A stretch of 64,000 bases of DNA from an uncultured Gammaproteobacteria bacterium (GCA_965231125.1 OZ246414.1:827239-891238); one strand, 5' to 3'. Shown: positions 1 to 8,655, numbered from the stretch's first letter. Made by a program: numbers and translations. Notes: a model not told the origin generated them from the sequence alone.

Positions 1-242
1 TCTCCACTTTTTTCTTTCGGAAGGCTTACAAATTCTGCCGGTTTTTTCGCCAGCAAAGCCGCTGCCTCTTCCTTCACAATCCTCAGACATTTTGTACAAA
101 GGGAAAAACTTCTGTGTCTACCGGCAATAGAAAGCGTAGTCTTATGAAGATTTGGATAGCTTCTCTTTTTTGTTCGCCGGTGAGAATGCGAAACATTCAT
201 GCCCACCTGCAAACCTTTTCCGCAACGGTCACATCGGTTCAT
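1..242 (-). CDS. rpmB: 50S ribosomal protein L28 with C-terminal extension (runs off window)
   Basis: Manual translation from ATG at 242: MNRCDRCGKGLQVGMNVSHSHRRTKKRSYPNLHK...LCTKCLRIVK; not in ORF track. Confidence 0.92.
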   Translation of the reverse strand, partial: MNRCDRCGKGLQVGMNVSHSHRRTKKRSYPNLHKTTLSIAGRHRSFSLCTKCLRIVKEEAAALLAKKPAEFVSLPKEKSG

Positions 243-307
243 AATTGTTACTTGTCACCTATAACTTATTACTGATAGACTATACCAGAGCCGTCAACCC
301 GGCAGAT

Positions 308-973
308 ATGTCCGATTTTATTTCAACCCAAAATCCAATAACAATTTTTGTCGCCGTTAGTCTCTTTATTGCTACAATTGCCGCTCTGGTTAGCGTCCAT
401 GAGGCTTCTCACGCTTGGATGGCGAACAAGCTGGGAGACCCAACGGCAAGGTATCAGGGCAGAATCAGCCTTAACCCTCTTGTTCACATTGACCCCTTAG
501 GGACGGTGATACTTCCTCTTATCTTGATAGTCACTAGTGTAGTTACTCACAGTCCGCTTTTTCTATTCGGTTGGGCTAAACCAACCCCTTTCAACCCTTG
601 GAATTTAAAAAACCCACGGCGCGACGCCGCCTTAATTTCCTTCGCCGGCCCAGTCTCCAACTTTATTCTGGCGGCAATATTGGCGGTAGTTTATCGCCTC
701 TTTGGAGGTTTCAACGAACTTTTAGCGAGCTACTTTCAATTTTTGGTGTATCTGTCTTTGGTGCTTGGTATCTTCAACTTAATACCAATTGCGCCTCTTG
801 ATGGGTTTAAAGTCGTCGCGGGTGTACTTCCAAGGGATCTAGCGGCTCGTTGGCAAGAGTTGGAAAGTATTGGCCCATTTTTACTAATCGCCTTAATTTT
901 TCTAGGCGGTCCCCTGATACAGCCGATTATTAGTTTTATTCTCGGTTTCTTTTTGAAAATTTTAATTGGTTAG
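308..973 (+). CDS. Site-2 protease family (M50) membrane metalloprotease
   Basis: HEASH and NLIPIAPLDG motifs, hydrophobic; ATG at 308 preferred over track start 245. Confidence 0.9.
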   Translation: MSDFISTQNPITIFVAVSLFIATIAALVSVHEASHAWMANKLGDPTARYQGRISLNPLVHIDPLGTVILPLILIVTSVVTHSPLFLFGWAKPTPFNPWNLKNPRRDAALISFAGPVSNFILAAILAVVYRLFGGFNELLASYFQFLVYLSLVLGIFNLIPIAPLDGFKVVAGVLPRDLAARWQELESIGPFLLIALIFLGGPLIQPIISFILGFFLKILIG

Positions 974-1000
974 CCAAGTAAGACTTCGCTAGCTTGGCTC

Positions 1001-1029
1001 TTGCACAAGGGTGTTAATTTCTCTATAAT
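1001..1029 (+). promoter_or_regulatory. Sigma70 promoter
   Basis: TTGCAC-17bp-TATAAT with no downstream ORF. Confidence 0.75.
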
Positions 1030-1077
1030 GGTCTTGCAGCAGGTGTTGATGGCGTAGCCGCCACCAGCAAATTTTTG

Positions 1078-1235
1078 CACCCTACTTTGAAGGAAAAGGA
1101 TGTTGGTTGTTTCTCCTTCTATTTTAAGATACTCGGGGCTAGTCCGAAGTGCTGGATATGCTTTGGCTATCTGGCCAGGATACCCACTTTAAGTCTCTCG
1201 GGGAACGTTACCTACATCTACCTCAAAGCAGGGTG
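1078..1235 (+). ncRNA. 6S RNA-like long irregular hairpin
   Basis: CACCCTACTTTGA pairs with TCAAAGCAGGGTG; inner stems GATGT/ACATC, TTCTCC/GGGGAA, GCTGGATA/TATCTGGC around a central bubble; own promoter and terminator. Confidence 0.55.
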
Positions 1236-1266
1236 GGAATAATTATTAACTCAGTAAAGGTTTGGT

Positions 1267-1306
1267 GAAAAACCCATCCTGAGCTTGTCGAACGGATGGG
1301 TTTTTC
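1267..1306. terminator. Bidirectional intrinsic terminator
   Basis: GAAAAACCCATCC...GGATGGGTTTTTC 13-bp stem between convergent units. Confidence 0.8.
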
Positions 1307-1310
1307 GTTA

Positions 1311-2897
1311 TCACAGTGCTGTAAATTCAATTACGAAGGTGTTGGACCCGTCGGGATTTTTAACTGCTCCTGCCCCGACATCAATCTCATCAACTTCCCA
1401 GTTTGAAAGAATAACGTCCATATGTCCTGGACTATTGGTCCAATCGCTAATAGCCTGATCAAATGCAGTACTATCAGAATTCCAATTTCGCTCGATTACC
1501 TCACCCCATCCATTCGTAGTAATTCCACAATCAGTCAACGCTGTCTGCCCTGACCTTCCATCTGGACGAGTATGACTGAAAAGGATATCGGCTTCGTGAG
1601 CTCTGGTTCTTGCCGCTTGAACCATAAGCGGCTTTATAACTATGGTCTGTGAAAGACCTTGAGAACTCCTAGTTTCCTGAACCCATTGGTGAAGTGCGTC
1701 TTGCCAGGAGGCTTCGGTTGCAGTCGCGGCAGTTGAATTTGAGGTAACGGTTCCTTTGTAATAAAGTCGCAAGTGGTCTCCCGACGGAGAATAGACGTAA
1801 AAATCATACGGAGTCGAGGAATTAAGATCTACGAAAGTGTTTGAGGTTCCCGAAAGATTAAAGACCTCGCCGCCAACATTTGTATTTGTACCGGAGTTAG
1901 TTAAAAGAACACTGTAATTCGCTACGCCATTGCATGGCCCGCTTTTAAACGTCCCCTGCTGAAGTTTCGTTTTCGAACAATCCGGCCAGCAAACAACCCA
2001 ACTATAATTACGATTTGGGTAAAGATTCGTTAGGGTTGTGGAAGTACCACTAACCTGTCTAGGTGTACCGGCAACCACACAAAATGTGCCGCAATCATTA
2101 TCAAAAGCAACCACCGCGTAACTAATTCCTGTCCAAGAAAAGCTTACCTTGCCGGTTGAATCCGAAACTGCGTTTCCGGTAGCGTAATAATTATTCGTAC
2201 CGCCACACCCTGGTAAACAAACCTCCCACTTGTAAGAGAGTCCAGCTGGCTGGTTCGAAAGTACATAACTTTTGCTAGTTGTGGTTGTAATAACAAAGGG
2301 GATTTGCGAAGTGGCCGAGCATATAAAGCCGTACTTCTGAACAACCGATAAGACGTCCGCAATTGTTATCATGCCGTCGGCATTCAAATCGTATCTTTTG
2401 GAATAAGATGATTCTCCCTGCACCGCACCAACTTTCGCTATTACTGTCTGAATATCCGCGGATGTAATTTTTTTATCTTTGTTAAAATCAGCTGGCCAAG
2501 AATCCTCCCCGACATCAGAACAATTATCATTCGGTAACGTACCAATAAAATTCTCGGCTTGATTTGTATAACCATCTTTATCAGAATCAAGGGATGTTGG
2601 GTAATAAATTCGGACAGCGTAACTAACTGGATTCCAATTTATGGTTTTAGAGACAGAACACCCCGAAGTTGCTGACCAACTTGCCGTACCTTGAGCAAAA
2701 TCACAACCAGCAGCTAAAGTTTTTAAATGGTTTCCCTAGGATTTATATTTAACTCCCCAAACTGTTAAGGGAATTAATACCAAAATAAAGACGGTGATTA
2801 AAAGAGTTAGCTGCTTTCTTAGAGAAAGAGATTCTAGAAGCTCAATCGGCTTTAGGATAATCTTTTCGATTTGCGAAGAGTTTGGCAGGGCAGGCAT
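1311..2897 (-). pseudogene. Membrane-anchored dockerin-like + CAP (SCP) domain protein interrupted by one in-frame TAG at codon 54
   Basis: Same frame is open from ATG 2897 except TAG at 2738-2736; N-terminal TM, DSDKDG/WPADFNKDKKI/YDLNADGMITIADV repeats, CAP motifs FSHTRPDG and WTNSPGH. Confidence 0.75.
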
Positions 2898-2904
2898 TAA
2901 TTAA

Positions 2905-2933
2905 ATTTTAAGCTTGCAGAGAATGTCTGTCAA
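2905..2933 (-). promoter_or_regulatory. Sigma70 promoter, leaderless-type
   Basis: TTGACA-17bp-TAAAAT, 7 nt before ATG 2897. Confidence 0.75.
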
Positions 2934-2943
2934 ATATTAGGTG

Positions 2944-3018
2944 TGGCAGGCGCGGAGGGAATCGAACCCACGACCTCTGGTTTTGGAGACCAGCGTTCTA
3001 CCACTGAACTACACGCCT
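2944..3018 (-). tRNA. tRNA-Trp(CCA)
   Basis: Cloverleaf, anticodon CCA, encoded 3' CCA. Confidence 0.95.
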
Positions 3019-3064
3019 ACAATAACCCAAGGATTGGGCACAGGATTCGATAGTATGGAAGATA

Positions 3065-3229
3065 CTATTTTGTTTCTTTGTGTTCAGTCACTTTTTTACA
3101 ATGCTTGCAAAACTTCTTAGTGATAAGTCGATCCGGATCGTTAATCTTACTTTTTTCCGTGACGTAGTTTTGGTTTTTGCAAACGGTACATTGTAATGTA
3201 ACTATAATCCTTTTACCTTTTTTAGCCAT
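3065..3229 (-). CDS. rpmG: 50S ribosomal protein L33 (zinc-ribbon form)
   Basis: Manual translation [54 protein letters not shown]. Confidence 0.95.
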   Translation of the reverse strand: MAKKGKRIIVTLQCTVCKNQNYVTEKSKINDPDRLITKKFCKHCKKVTEHKETK

Positions 3230-3302
3230 AGTTTAAACTCCTTTATCAGTGAGCAGAACAAAGTGCTAATTATTGATATATTAATTTATTCAACAATCTA
3301 TC

Positions 3303-3377
3303 TGGAGCCGACGGTGGGAATTGAACCCACGACCTAACCCTTACCAAGGGTTCGCTCTGCCACTGAGCCACGTCGGC
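3303..3377 (-). tRNA. tRNA-Thr(GGT)
   Basis: Cloverleaf, AACCC-TTGGTAA-GGGTT arm, CCA end. Confidence 0.95.
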
Positions 3378-3454
3378 AGGTTGAAACTGTGCTCTTAGCC
3401 CGATTAAATCGGGCGCAGCACGCTTTTAGCGGGCTACCACTGAGCCATCCGGGC
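3378..3454 (-). pseudogene. tRNA 5'-half relic with 40-bp two-hairpin insertion in D-loop
   Basis: GCCCGGATGGCTCAGTGGTA[3434-3395]GAGCAC; removing the insert restores a canonical D-arm. Confidence 0.75.
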
Positions 3455-3455
3455 A

Positions 3456-3542
3456 TGGTGCCGAGGGTAGGGTTCGAACCTACGTAGCCACAAGGGCGCT
3501 TGTTTTACAGACAAGTGCGTTTGACCACTCCGCCACCTCGGC
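3456..3542 (-). tRNA. tRNA-Tyr(GTA)
   Basis: Class II cloverleaf with long variable arm, CTTGT-CTGTAAA-ACAAG, CCA end. Confidence 0.95.
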
Positions 3543-3551
3543 GTGTTGGAC

Positions 3552-3777
3552 TGGAGCCGATCGTCGGATTCGAACCGACAACCTGCTGTTTAGAGCATGC
3601 CGACTCCGTGGAGCCGAGGAAGGGATTCGAACCCTTAACCTGCGGTTTACAAAACCGCTGCTCTACCGTTGAGCCACCTCGGCATGCTGCACCCCAACAA
3701 GTCGGGGCTAAAAACCGCTGCTCTTAGACCACAGGTCGCAGCACGCTTTTAGCGGGCTACCACTGAGCTAAGTCGGC
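3552..3777 (-). pseudogene. Outer split tRNA-Thr relic enclosing an intact tRNA-Thr(TGT)
   Basis: 5' half 3777-3711 (34-bp D-loop insert 3757-3724) and 3' half 3592-3552 with T-arm and CCA flank the intact gene. Confidence 0.8.
3609..3683 (-). tRNA. tRNA-Thr(TGT)
   Basis: Cloverleaf, GCGGT-TTTGTAA-ACCGC, CCA end. Confidence 0.95.
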
Positions 3778-3810
3778 AACTGAATGTTTCCAGCTTACCA
3801 AAACCCAGGC

Positions 3811-3839
3811 ATTATATCAAAAACACTCTAAGGCTTCAA
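3811..3839 (-). promoter_or_regulatory. Sigma70 promoter of tRNA-rpmG operon
   Basis: TTGAAG-17bp-TATAAT. Confidence 0.7.
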
Positions 3840-3871
3840 GCTTAGTTTCTTTTATCTACTAACCCCATAGT

Positions 3872-3900
3872 TTGACTTGCTCGTTATTTTATGCTATACT
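3872..3900 (+). promoter_or_regulatory. Sigma70 promoter (extended -10)
   Basis: TTGACT-17bp-TATACT with upstream TG. Confidence 0.7.
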
Positions 3901-3950
3901 CCATCTCGTCTGCAGTGGACGAAAGGGCCACGGGACAAGGAGGTGGAACA

Positions 3951-4208
3951 ATGCGCGACATCCACGTTTAGAACTGGACGAAGGGCGAGCGCACCATGCC
4001 CATAACCCCTGAGGGAATGGCCGAAGCCATCGAGTTCTTTCTCGACGACGGCTTCAACCTGGCCATCACCCCCACCGATAAGGGGCAAGCGGGTCCTTGG
4101 ATGCAGATCGGACGCGATCGAGAAAGCGGTCGACTTTCGGTCTTCATCTACACAGCCGGAGGCAATCCCGCAGCAATGGCCTCCATTGAGCTGGTTGATT
4201 CCTCATGA
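3951..4208 (+). pseudogene. Small GC-richer hypothetical gene with in-frame TAG at codon 7
   Basis: SD AGGAGGTGG before ATG 3951; MRDIHV*NWTKGERT joins in frame to ORF 3996-4208. Confidence 0.5.
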
Positions 4209-4277
4209 ATTAACCAGCTCCCAAATCCCCTTTACACTATTCCCCTTCTATGCTAGAATCAGGGCCGTTTAAATTTA

Positions 4278-4478
4278 ATGAGACTCATAAAAGGCGTTGT
4301 AAAATATTTCCAACAAGTTCGTCAGGAAACTTTAAAAGTAACCTGGCCGACCCGAGAGCAGACCATTAGGATGACTGCTCTTGTTATAATAGTAAGTGTT
4401 GCCCTTGGCGCCCTTATGGGCGGTCTGGATTACGTTCTTGCTAAAGTTATTAGCGCCGTGTTGCAAAGAACCGTTTAA
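4278..4478 (+). CDS. secE: Preprotein translocase SecE
   Basis: KVTWPTR motif, one TM, upstream of nusG. Confidence 0.95.
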   Translation: MRLIKGVVKYFQQVRQETLKVTWPTREQTIRMTALVIIVSVALGALMGGLDYVLAKVISAVLQRTV

Positions 4479-4484
4479 CTTAAG

Positions 4485-5108
4485 ATGGCTAAAAAAACAA
4501 AAACTTCTGAAAAAGAAAATAAAAAAGAAGAGAAAATTCAAGAACCTGCTGAAGTGGTTAAGGAACCCGCCAAAACGAAACCTTCAAAGGGCCGATGGTA
4601 CGTAGTGCATACGTATGCGGGCCATGAAAATAAGGTAGCGGCGACCCTTAACCAGAAGATAAAGGCTTCCAACCTTGGCGATAAGATTTTTGACGTACTA
4701 GTACCAACCCAAGAAAAAATTGAAATTCGCGAAGGTAAAAAGTACACTATTAAAGAAAAGATCTTTCCAGGCTACATTTTAGTAAATATGGACTTGGACA
4801 ATCTTTCTTGGTATTCTGTCCGCTCTACTGCCGGAGTGACTGGTTTTGTCGGAATTGGCAATAAACCGACTCCTCTTGAAGAAAAAGAAGTCGAAACCAT
4901 TCAGCAGTTTTCTAAGCTGGAAGCGCCCACTTACAAAGCAAGTTTTTCAATTGCTGAAGCGGTAAAAATTATTGATGGGCCTTTTGCCGACTTCATCGGC
5001 TCAGTTGATGAAATAAATGAAGAAAAAGGAAAGATAAAAGTTTTGGTTTCAATTTTTGGTCGAGAAACACCGGTAGAATTAGATTTTTTACAAGTCTCAA
5101 AGTTGTAA
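4485..5108 (+). CDS. nusG: Transcription factor NusG with charged N-terminal extension
   Basis: WYVVHTYAGHE, KIFPGYILV, IFGRETPVELDF. Confidence 0.98.
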   Translation: MAKKTKTSEKENKKEEKIQEPAEVVKEPAKTKPSKGRWYVVHTYAGHENKVAATLNQKIKASNLGDKIFDVLVPTQEKIEIREGKKYTIKEKIFPGYILVNMDLDNLSWYSVRSTAGVTGFVGIGNKPTPLEEKEVETIQQFSKLEAPTYKASFSIAEAVKIIDGPFADFIGSVDEINEEKGKIKVLVSIFGRETPVELDFLQVSKL

Positions 5109-5171
5109 ATGAGAGACTACCGAATTATAATTTCGAGACCAAAAACTAGCTCAAGCGAAGCGGGGCGTCTA

Positions 5172-5225
5172 TTTGGTCGAGAAACACCGGTAGAACTAGA
5201 CTTTCTACAGGTATCTAAACTCTAG
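5172..5225 (+). repeat. Displaced duplicate of nusG last 17 codons plus stop
   Basis: Encodes the same FGRETPVELDFLQVSKL* as 5055-5108 with only silent changes. Confidence 0.9.
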
Positions 5226-5228
5226 TCA

Positions 5229-5310
5229 GTATTTAGTATATGGTATCTAGTATATTGTATCAAGCGATTTATACCAAATACAAAATACCAGATACAAAAT
5301 ACAAAATTTA
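5229..5310. repeat. Heptamer-periodic AT-rich inverted repeat
   Basis: GTATTTA/GTATATG/GTATCTA units facing AAATACA/AAATACC units. Confidence 0.65.
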
Positions 5311-5375
5311 AGAATGGCTAAAAAAGATAAGCAAAGCTTGCATTTTTGTCCTAGAAATTGTAGAAGGTTAAAACG

Positions 5376-5798
5376 ATGGCCAAAAAAGTAAAAACGTTGA
5401 TTAAACTGAATATTCCTGCTGGTGAGGCTACTCCTGGTCAGCCAATTGGTCCAGCGCTTGGTCAACATGGTTTGCCGATCATGGATTTCGTTAAAGCTTT
5501 CAATGAAAAGACCGCGGACCAAAAAGGTGACGTGTTGCCAGTGGTAATAACCGCCTACGAAGATAGAACTTTCTCTTTTATAACTAAGAAACCACCGGTT
5601 GCCGAATCCATAAAGAAAGCTTTAGGCCTTGAAAAAGGCTCCGGCGTCCCACAAAGGGACAAGGTGGGCAAGATAACAAAAGACCAAGTTAAAAAAATAG
5701 CCGAGAACAAAATGGAAGATTTAAACGCAAAGACTGTGGAAGCCGCAATGAATATCGTTGCCGGAACCGCAAAAAGTATGGGAGTCGACGTAGAATGA
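5376..5798 (+). CDS. rplK: 50S ribosomal protein L11
   Basis: GPALGQHG and VAGTAKSMG motifs. Confidence 0.98.
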   Translation: MAKKVKTLIKLNIPAGEATPGQPIGPALGQHGLPIMDFVKAFNEKTADQKGDVLPVVITAYEDRTFSFITKKPPVAESIKKALGLEKGSGVPQRDKVGKITKDQVKKIAENKMEDLNAKTVEAAMNIVAGTAKSMGVDVE

Positions 5799-5846
5799 GT
5801 TTATTTTTTGGGGCTCCCAAATTTGTCAAAATTTGGGGTGGAGGTT

Positions 5847-6689
5847 ATGGGTAGACCAAGAATTAAAGTAATTGAAACAGCTCTAGAACCTAAAGCCGCT
5901 GAAAAGCTGGAAGAGAAAAAGCTGGAAATTTCAGAAGAGGCCAACAAAAAAGTTGTTAAACAGGCTAAGGCTGCAAAGAAAAATAAAGAAACAAAACCAA
6001 AGGTTCGAAGTAAGCGTTATGGTACAGCCCATGATTTAATTGACAAAACAAAAGACTACCCTATTAACGAAGCAATAGAGCTCATTAAGAAAACCTCAAC
6101 TGTAAAATTTGATTCAAGCCTTGAAGTGCACATTAATTTAAATGTTGACACTAGTAAATCCGACCAATTGATTAGAAAATCAATCAATTTGCCCTTTGGT
6201 AGCGGTAAAACTATTAGAGTGCTAGTTTTTGGTTTGGACTCTAAACAATCAAAGGATTCGGCAGTAGTGGCCGGAAGTGATAAAACGATAGACGAAATTG
6301 AAAAAGGCAAGGTAGATTTTGATAAAATAGTCTCAACTCCGGATTGGATGCCAAAACTTACTAAGGTGGCTAAAGTGCTCGGTCCAAAAGGCCTGATGCC
6401 AAATCCAAAATCCGGCACTATCACTGAAAACCCAGCTAAACTTTTGGAGGACCTTAAAGGCGGTCTGATCGAAGTGAAAGTTGAAAAAGAACCTATTATT
6501 CACGCAACTACCGGCAAAATTTCCTTACCGGACGAAAAGCTTGCCGAAAATGTAAAAACTCTGGTTTCCGAAATTCAAAAAGCAAAGCCAGAAAGCTTAA
6601 AGAAACCGCTGATCAAATCCGTCTACCTCTCCTCATCGATGGGACCTTCGGTTAAACTAGAAGTCTCCTCTCTTAGTCAAAACCCTTGA
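5847..6689 (+). CDS. rplA: 50S ribosomal protein L1 with N-terminal extension
   Basis: LGPKGLMPNPKSGT, SSSMGP; ATG 5847 follows GGAGG. Confidence 0.95.
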   Translation: MGRPRIKVIETALEPKAAEKLEEKKLEISEEANKKVVKQAKAAKKNKETKPKVRSKRYGTAHDLIDKTKDYPINEAIELIKKTSTVKFDSSLEVHINLNVDTSKSDQLIRKSINLPFGSGKTIRVLVFGLDSKQSKDSAVVAGSDKTIDEIEKGKVDFDKIVSTPDWMPKLTKVAKVLGPKGLMPNPKSGTITENPAKLLEDLKGGLIEVKVEKEPIIHATTGKISLPDEKLAENVKTLVSEIQKAKPESLKKPLIKSVYLSSSMGPSVKLEVSSLSQNP

Positions 6690-6719
6690 CAACCTGTAGA
6701 ACTTAATTTATACTCCCCT

Positions 6720-6860
6720 TCGTACCGAAGACAGCTAGCATTTGCATAAGTCTAGCCGAGGACAGCTTAAGTAAAAAGTATAAAGTTAAAAGTAAAAATT
6801 TTTGACTTTTTCATTTTGAATTTTGACTTAAACAGCCTCGCTTCGGTGGGGTTTTTGCGT
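6720..6860 (+). promoter_or_regulatory. L10 leader-like RNA
   Basis: CCGAAGACAG...CCGAGG...CCTCG...GGGGTTTTT directly upstream of rplJ, with an inserted AT-rich periodic stem. Confidence 0.6.
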
Positions 6861-6875
6861 TTTAAGGAGTAACTA

Positions 6876-7427
6876 ATGGAAAACGAAGTAAAAAAGTCGC
6901 GAGCGCGAATTAAAAAAGAAGAAACAGTTGCAACTTTGGTTGAAAAGCTAGGGAGGGCAACCAGCATTGTTCTGGCCGATTACCAAGGTCTCTCGGCTTC
7001 TACTCTTTCCGAAGTAAAAAACCAACTTGAAAAAGAGGGAGCGGAGCTAACTGTTGCCAAGAACACTCTTCTATCTCTGGCAACGAAGCAAGCGGGAATA
7101 GAAGTACCCGAGGAGGCCCTGAAAGGCCCAACAGCTGCAGTCTTGGCCTATGATGACCCAATTACACCAATTAAGGATTTGGCCAAGTTTCAAAAGCAGT
7201 ACGAAAAACCTCTGCCAAAGATTGGATTTTTAGGAAGTGAGCTTCTCTCAGTAGAGAAAATTAGAGAGCTCGCCCTCTTGCCAAGCAAACAAGAACTACA
7301 AGCAAAAGTTGTTGGCTCTATTAGCTCCCCTATCTACGGAATTGTCGGGGTGCTCGGGGCGAACTTGAGAAACTTAGTTTATGCCTTGGACCAAATTGCT
7401 AAAAGTAAAGGAAATCCAAATGCTTAA
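6876..7427 (+). CDS. rplJ: 50S ribosomal protein L10
   Basis: ADYQGL, VAKNTL, LKGPTA motifs and gene order. Confidence 0.95.
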   Translation: MENEVKKSRARIKKEETVATLVEKLGRATSIVLADYQGLSASTLSEVKNQLEKEGAELTVAKNTLLSLATKQAGIEVPEEALKGPTAAVLAYDDPITPIKDLAKFQKQYEKPLPKIGFLGSELLSVEKIRELALLPSKQELQAKVVGSISSPIYGIVGVLGANLRNLVYALDQIAKSKGNPNA

Positions 7428-7474
7428 ATCACATAATTCTGAATTTATATTGAAGGGAGGTGCTAGTTAATTTT

Positions 7475-8116
7475 ATGAACGACGACGAAAAGAATCCGTC
7501 AGCTGACGGAGAAGAAAAATCTGAAGGAGCAAGTCAAGAATCTTCTGAATCAAAGCCTGAAAACGAAGAGGTCGAAAAAGAGGTATCCGAAGAGGAAAAG
7601 GCTGAAGAAAAAGCAGTTGAGGAAAAGGCAATAGAAGAGACAAAAGAAACCGAAGTTAAAGAAGAGGAAAAAAAGGAAGAACCTAAAGCCGAACAGCCAA
7701 AATCTGAGGAACCAAAGAAAGAAGTTAAAGTTTCGGGAAAACTCTCTGACATTATCAAAGATATCGAATCTCTATCCGTTTTGGAATTGACCGACCTAGT
7801 TAAAGCTTTGGAACAAAAATTTGGCGTTACTGCGGCTGCTCCTATGGCCGTGGCTGCTCCAACCGGCGGTACCGGGGCTGGCGAAGAAGCCGCTGAAGAA
7901 CAAACCACCTTTAATGTTGTTCTTGCCGAGGCAGGCGCAAATAAAATTGGGGTAATTAAAGCAGTCCGCGAAGTTGTCCCAACTCTTGGTTTGAAAGAAG
8001 CAAAAGACTTGGTAGAGGCAGCCCCCAAACCAGTGGTTGAGGGGGTGAATAAAGAGACAGCCAACGAAGCTAAAAGCAAACTCGAGGCAGCAGGAGCCAA
8101 GGTTGAATTACAGTAA
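7475..8116 (+). CDS. rplL: 50S ribosomal protein L7/L12 with long acidic N-terminal extension
   Basis: [23 protein letters not shown]; about 85 aa E/K-rich leader. Confidence 0.95.
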   Translation: MNDDEKNPSADGEEKSEGASQESSESKPENEEVEKEVSEEEKAEEKAVEEKAIEETKETEVKEEEKKEEPKAEQPKSEEPKKEVKVSGKLSDIIKDIESLSVLELTDLVKALEQKFGVTAAAPMAVAAPTGGTGAGEEAAEEQTTFNVVLAEAGANKIGVIKAVREVVPTLGLKEAKDLVEAAPKPVVEGVNKETANEAKSKLEAAGAKVELQ

Positions 8117-8161
8117 TACTGTTTACGCAGTTGCGTTTCCTTGCGTCGATTTCATCGACTA

Positions 8162-8227
8162 AAAGAAACCGCCCAGGAAGCAAAGTCTGAATTAGAAGCC
8201 GCAGGTGCGAAAGTTGAATTACAATAG
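8162..8227 (+). repeat. Displaced duplicate of rplL last 21 codons plus stop
   Basis: [21 protein letters not shown] versus [21 protein letters not shown] at 8051-8116. Confidence 0.9.
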
Positions 8228-8229
8228 AC

Positions 8230-8649
8230 TTACTTAACTACCACAGTCCCGTAGAACTTTAGAGGGTTGAGGTGATCATGGTAGGTAAAGGTACCGGATT
8301 TATTGAAGGTAAAGCTAAATGATTTCCCATTAGTTAGTGGATCACTGAAAAGACCTTTCAGCTTATCGTGGTTTGGATGGGGGTCAGAAGCCACCTGGTG
8401 AGGTAAGCTGTCCGTGTTAGTCCAGACAACTACTGTTCCCTTCTTTACCGCTATGGTAGCCGGAACAAAACCGGCTCGGGTTATTTCTACAGTGGCGCTG
8501 TATAGAACCTTATTTTCTGGACTTTGCGTAGCAACGGTGTTTTCTTTATTTTTCTTCAAATTATTGCCCACCACATAGGCCCCAGCAATTATCACTGCTG
8601 CTACGACAATCGAGACCAGTATAATAATTGTGTTTCGCTTATTAGTCAT
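8230..8649 (-). CDS. Membrane-anchored cupredoxin-fold protein
   Basis: N-terminal TM; VVWTNTDSLPHQV and FTYHDHLNP, without the type-1 copper Cys/Met. Confidence 0.8.
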   Translation of the reverse strand: MTNKRNTIIILVSIVVAAVIIAGAYVVGNNLKKNKENTVATQSPENKVLYSATVEITRAGFVPATIAVKKGTVVVWTNTDSLPHQVASDPHPNHDKLKGLFSDPLTNGKSFSFTFNKSGTFTYHDHLNPLKFYGTVVVK

Positions 8650-8655
8650 CTTTGC

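Noticed and set aside
3500-3727. 75-aa ORF on + strand
   Set aside because: Antisense to tRNA genes.
3552-3777. Outer tRNA spliced into an amber suppressor explaining the in-frame TAGs
   Set aside because: No junction gives a 7-nt loop with CUA at the anticodon; no group I intron core or bulge-helix-bulge motif, and stems have mismatches.
3360-3780. Repeated GCAGCACGCTTTTAGCGGGCTACCACTGAGC as a CRISPR repeat
   Set aside because: Only two copies about 320 bp apart, explained by tRNA D-arm relics with sister inserts; no cas genes.
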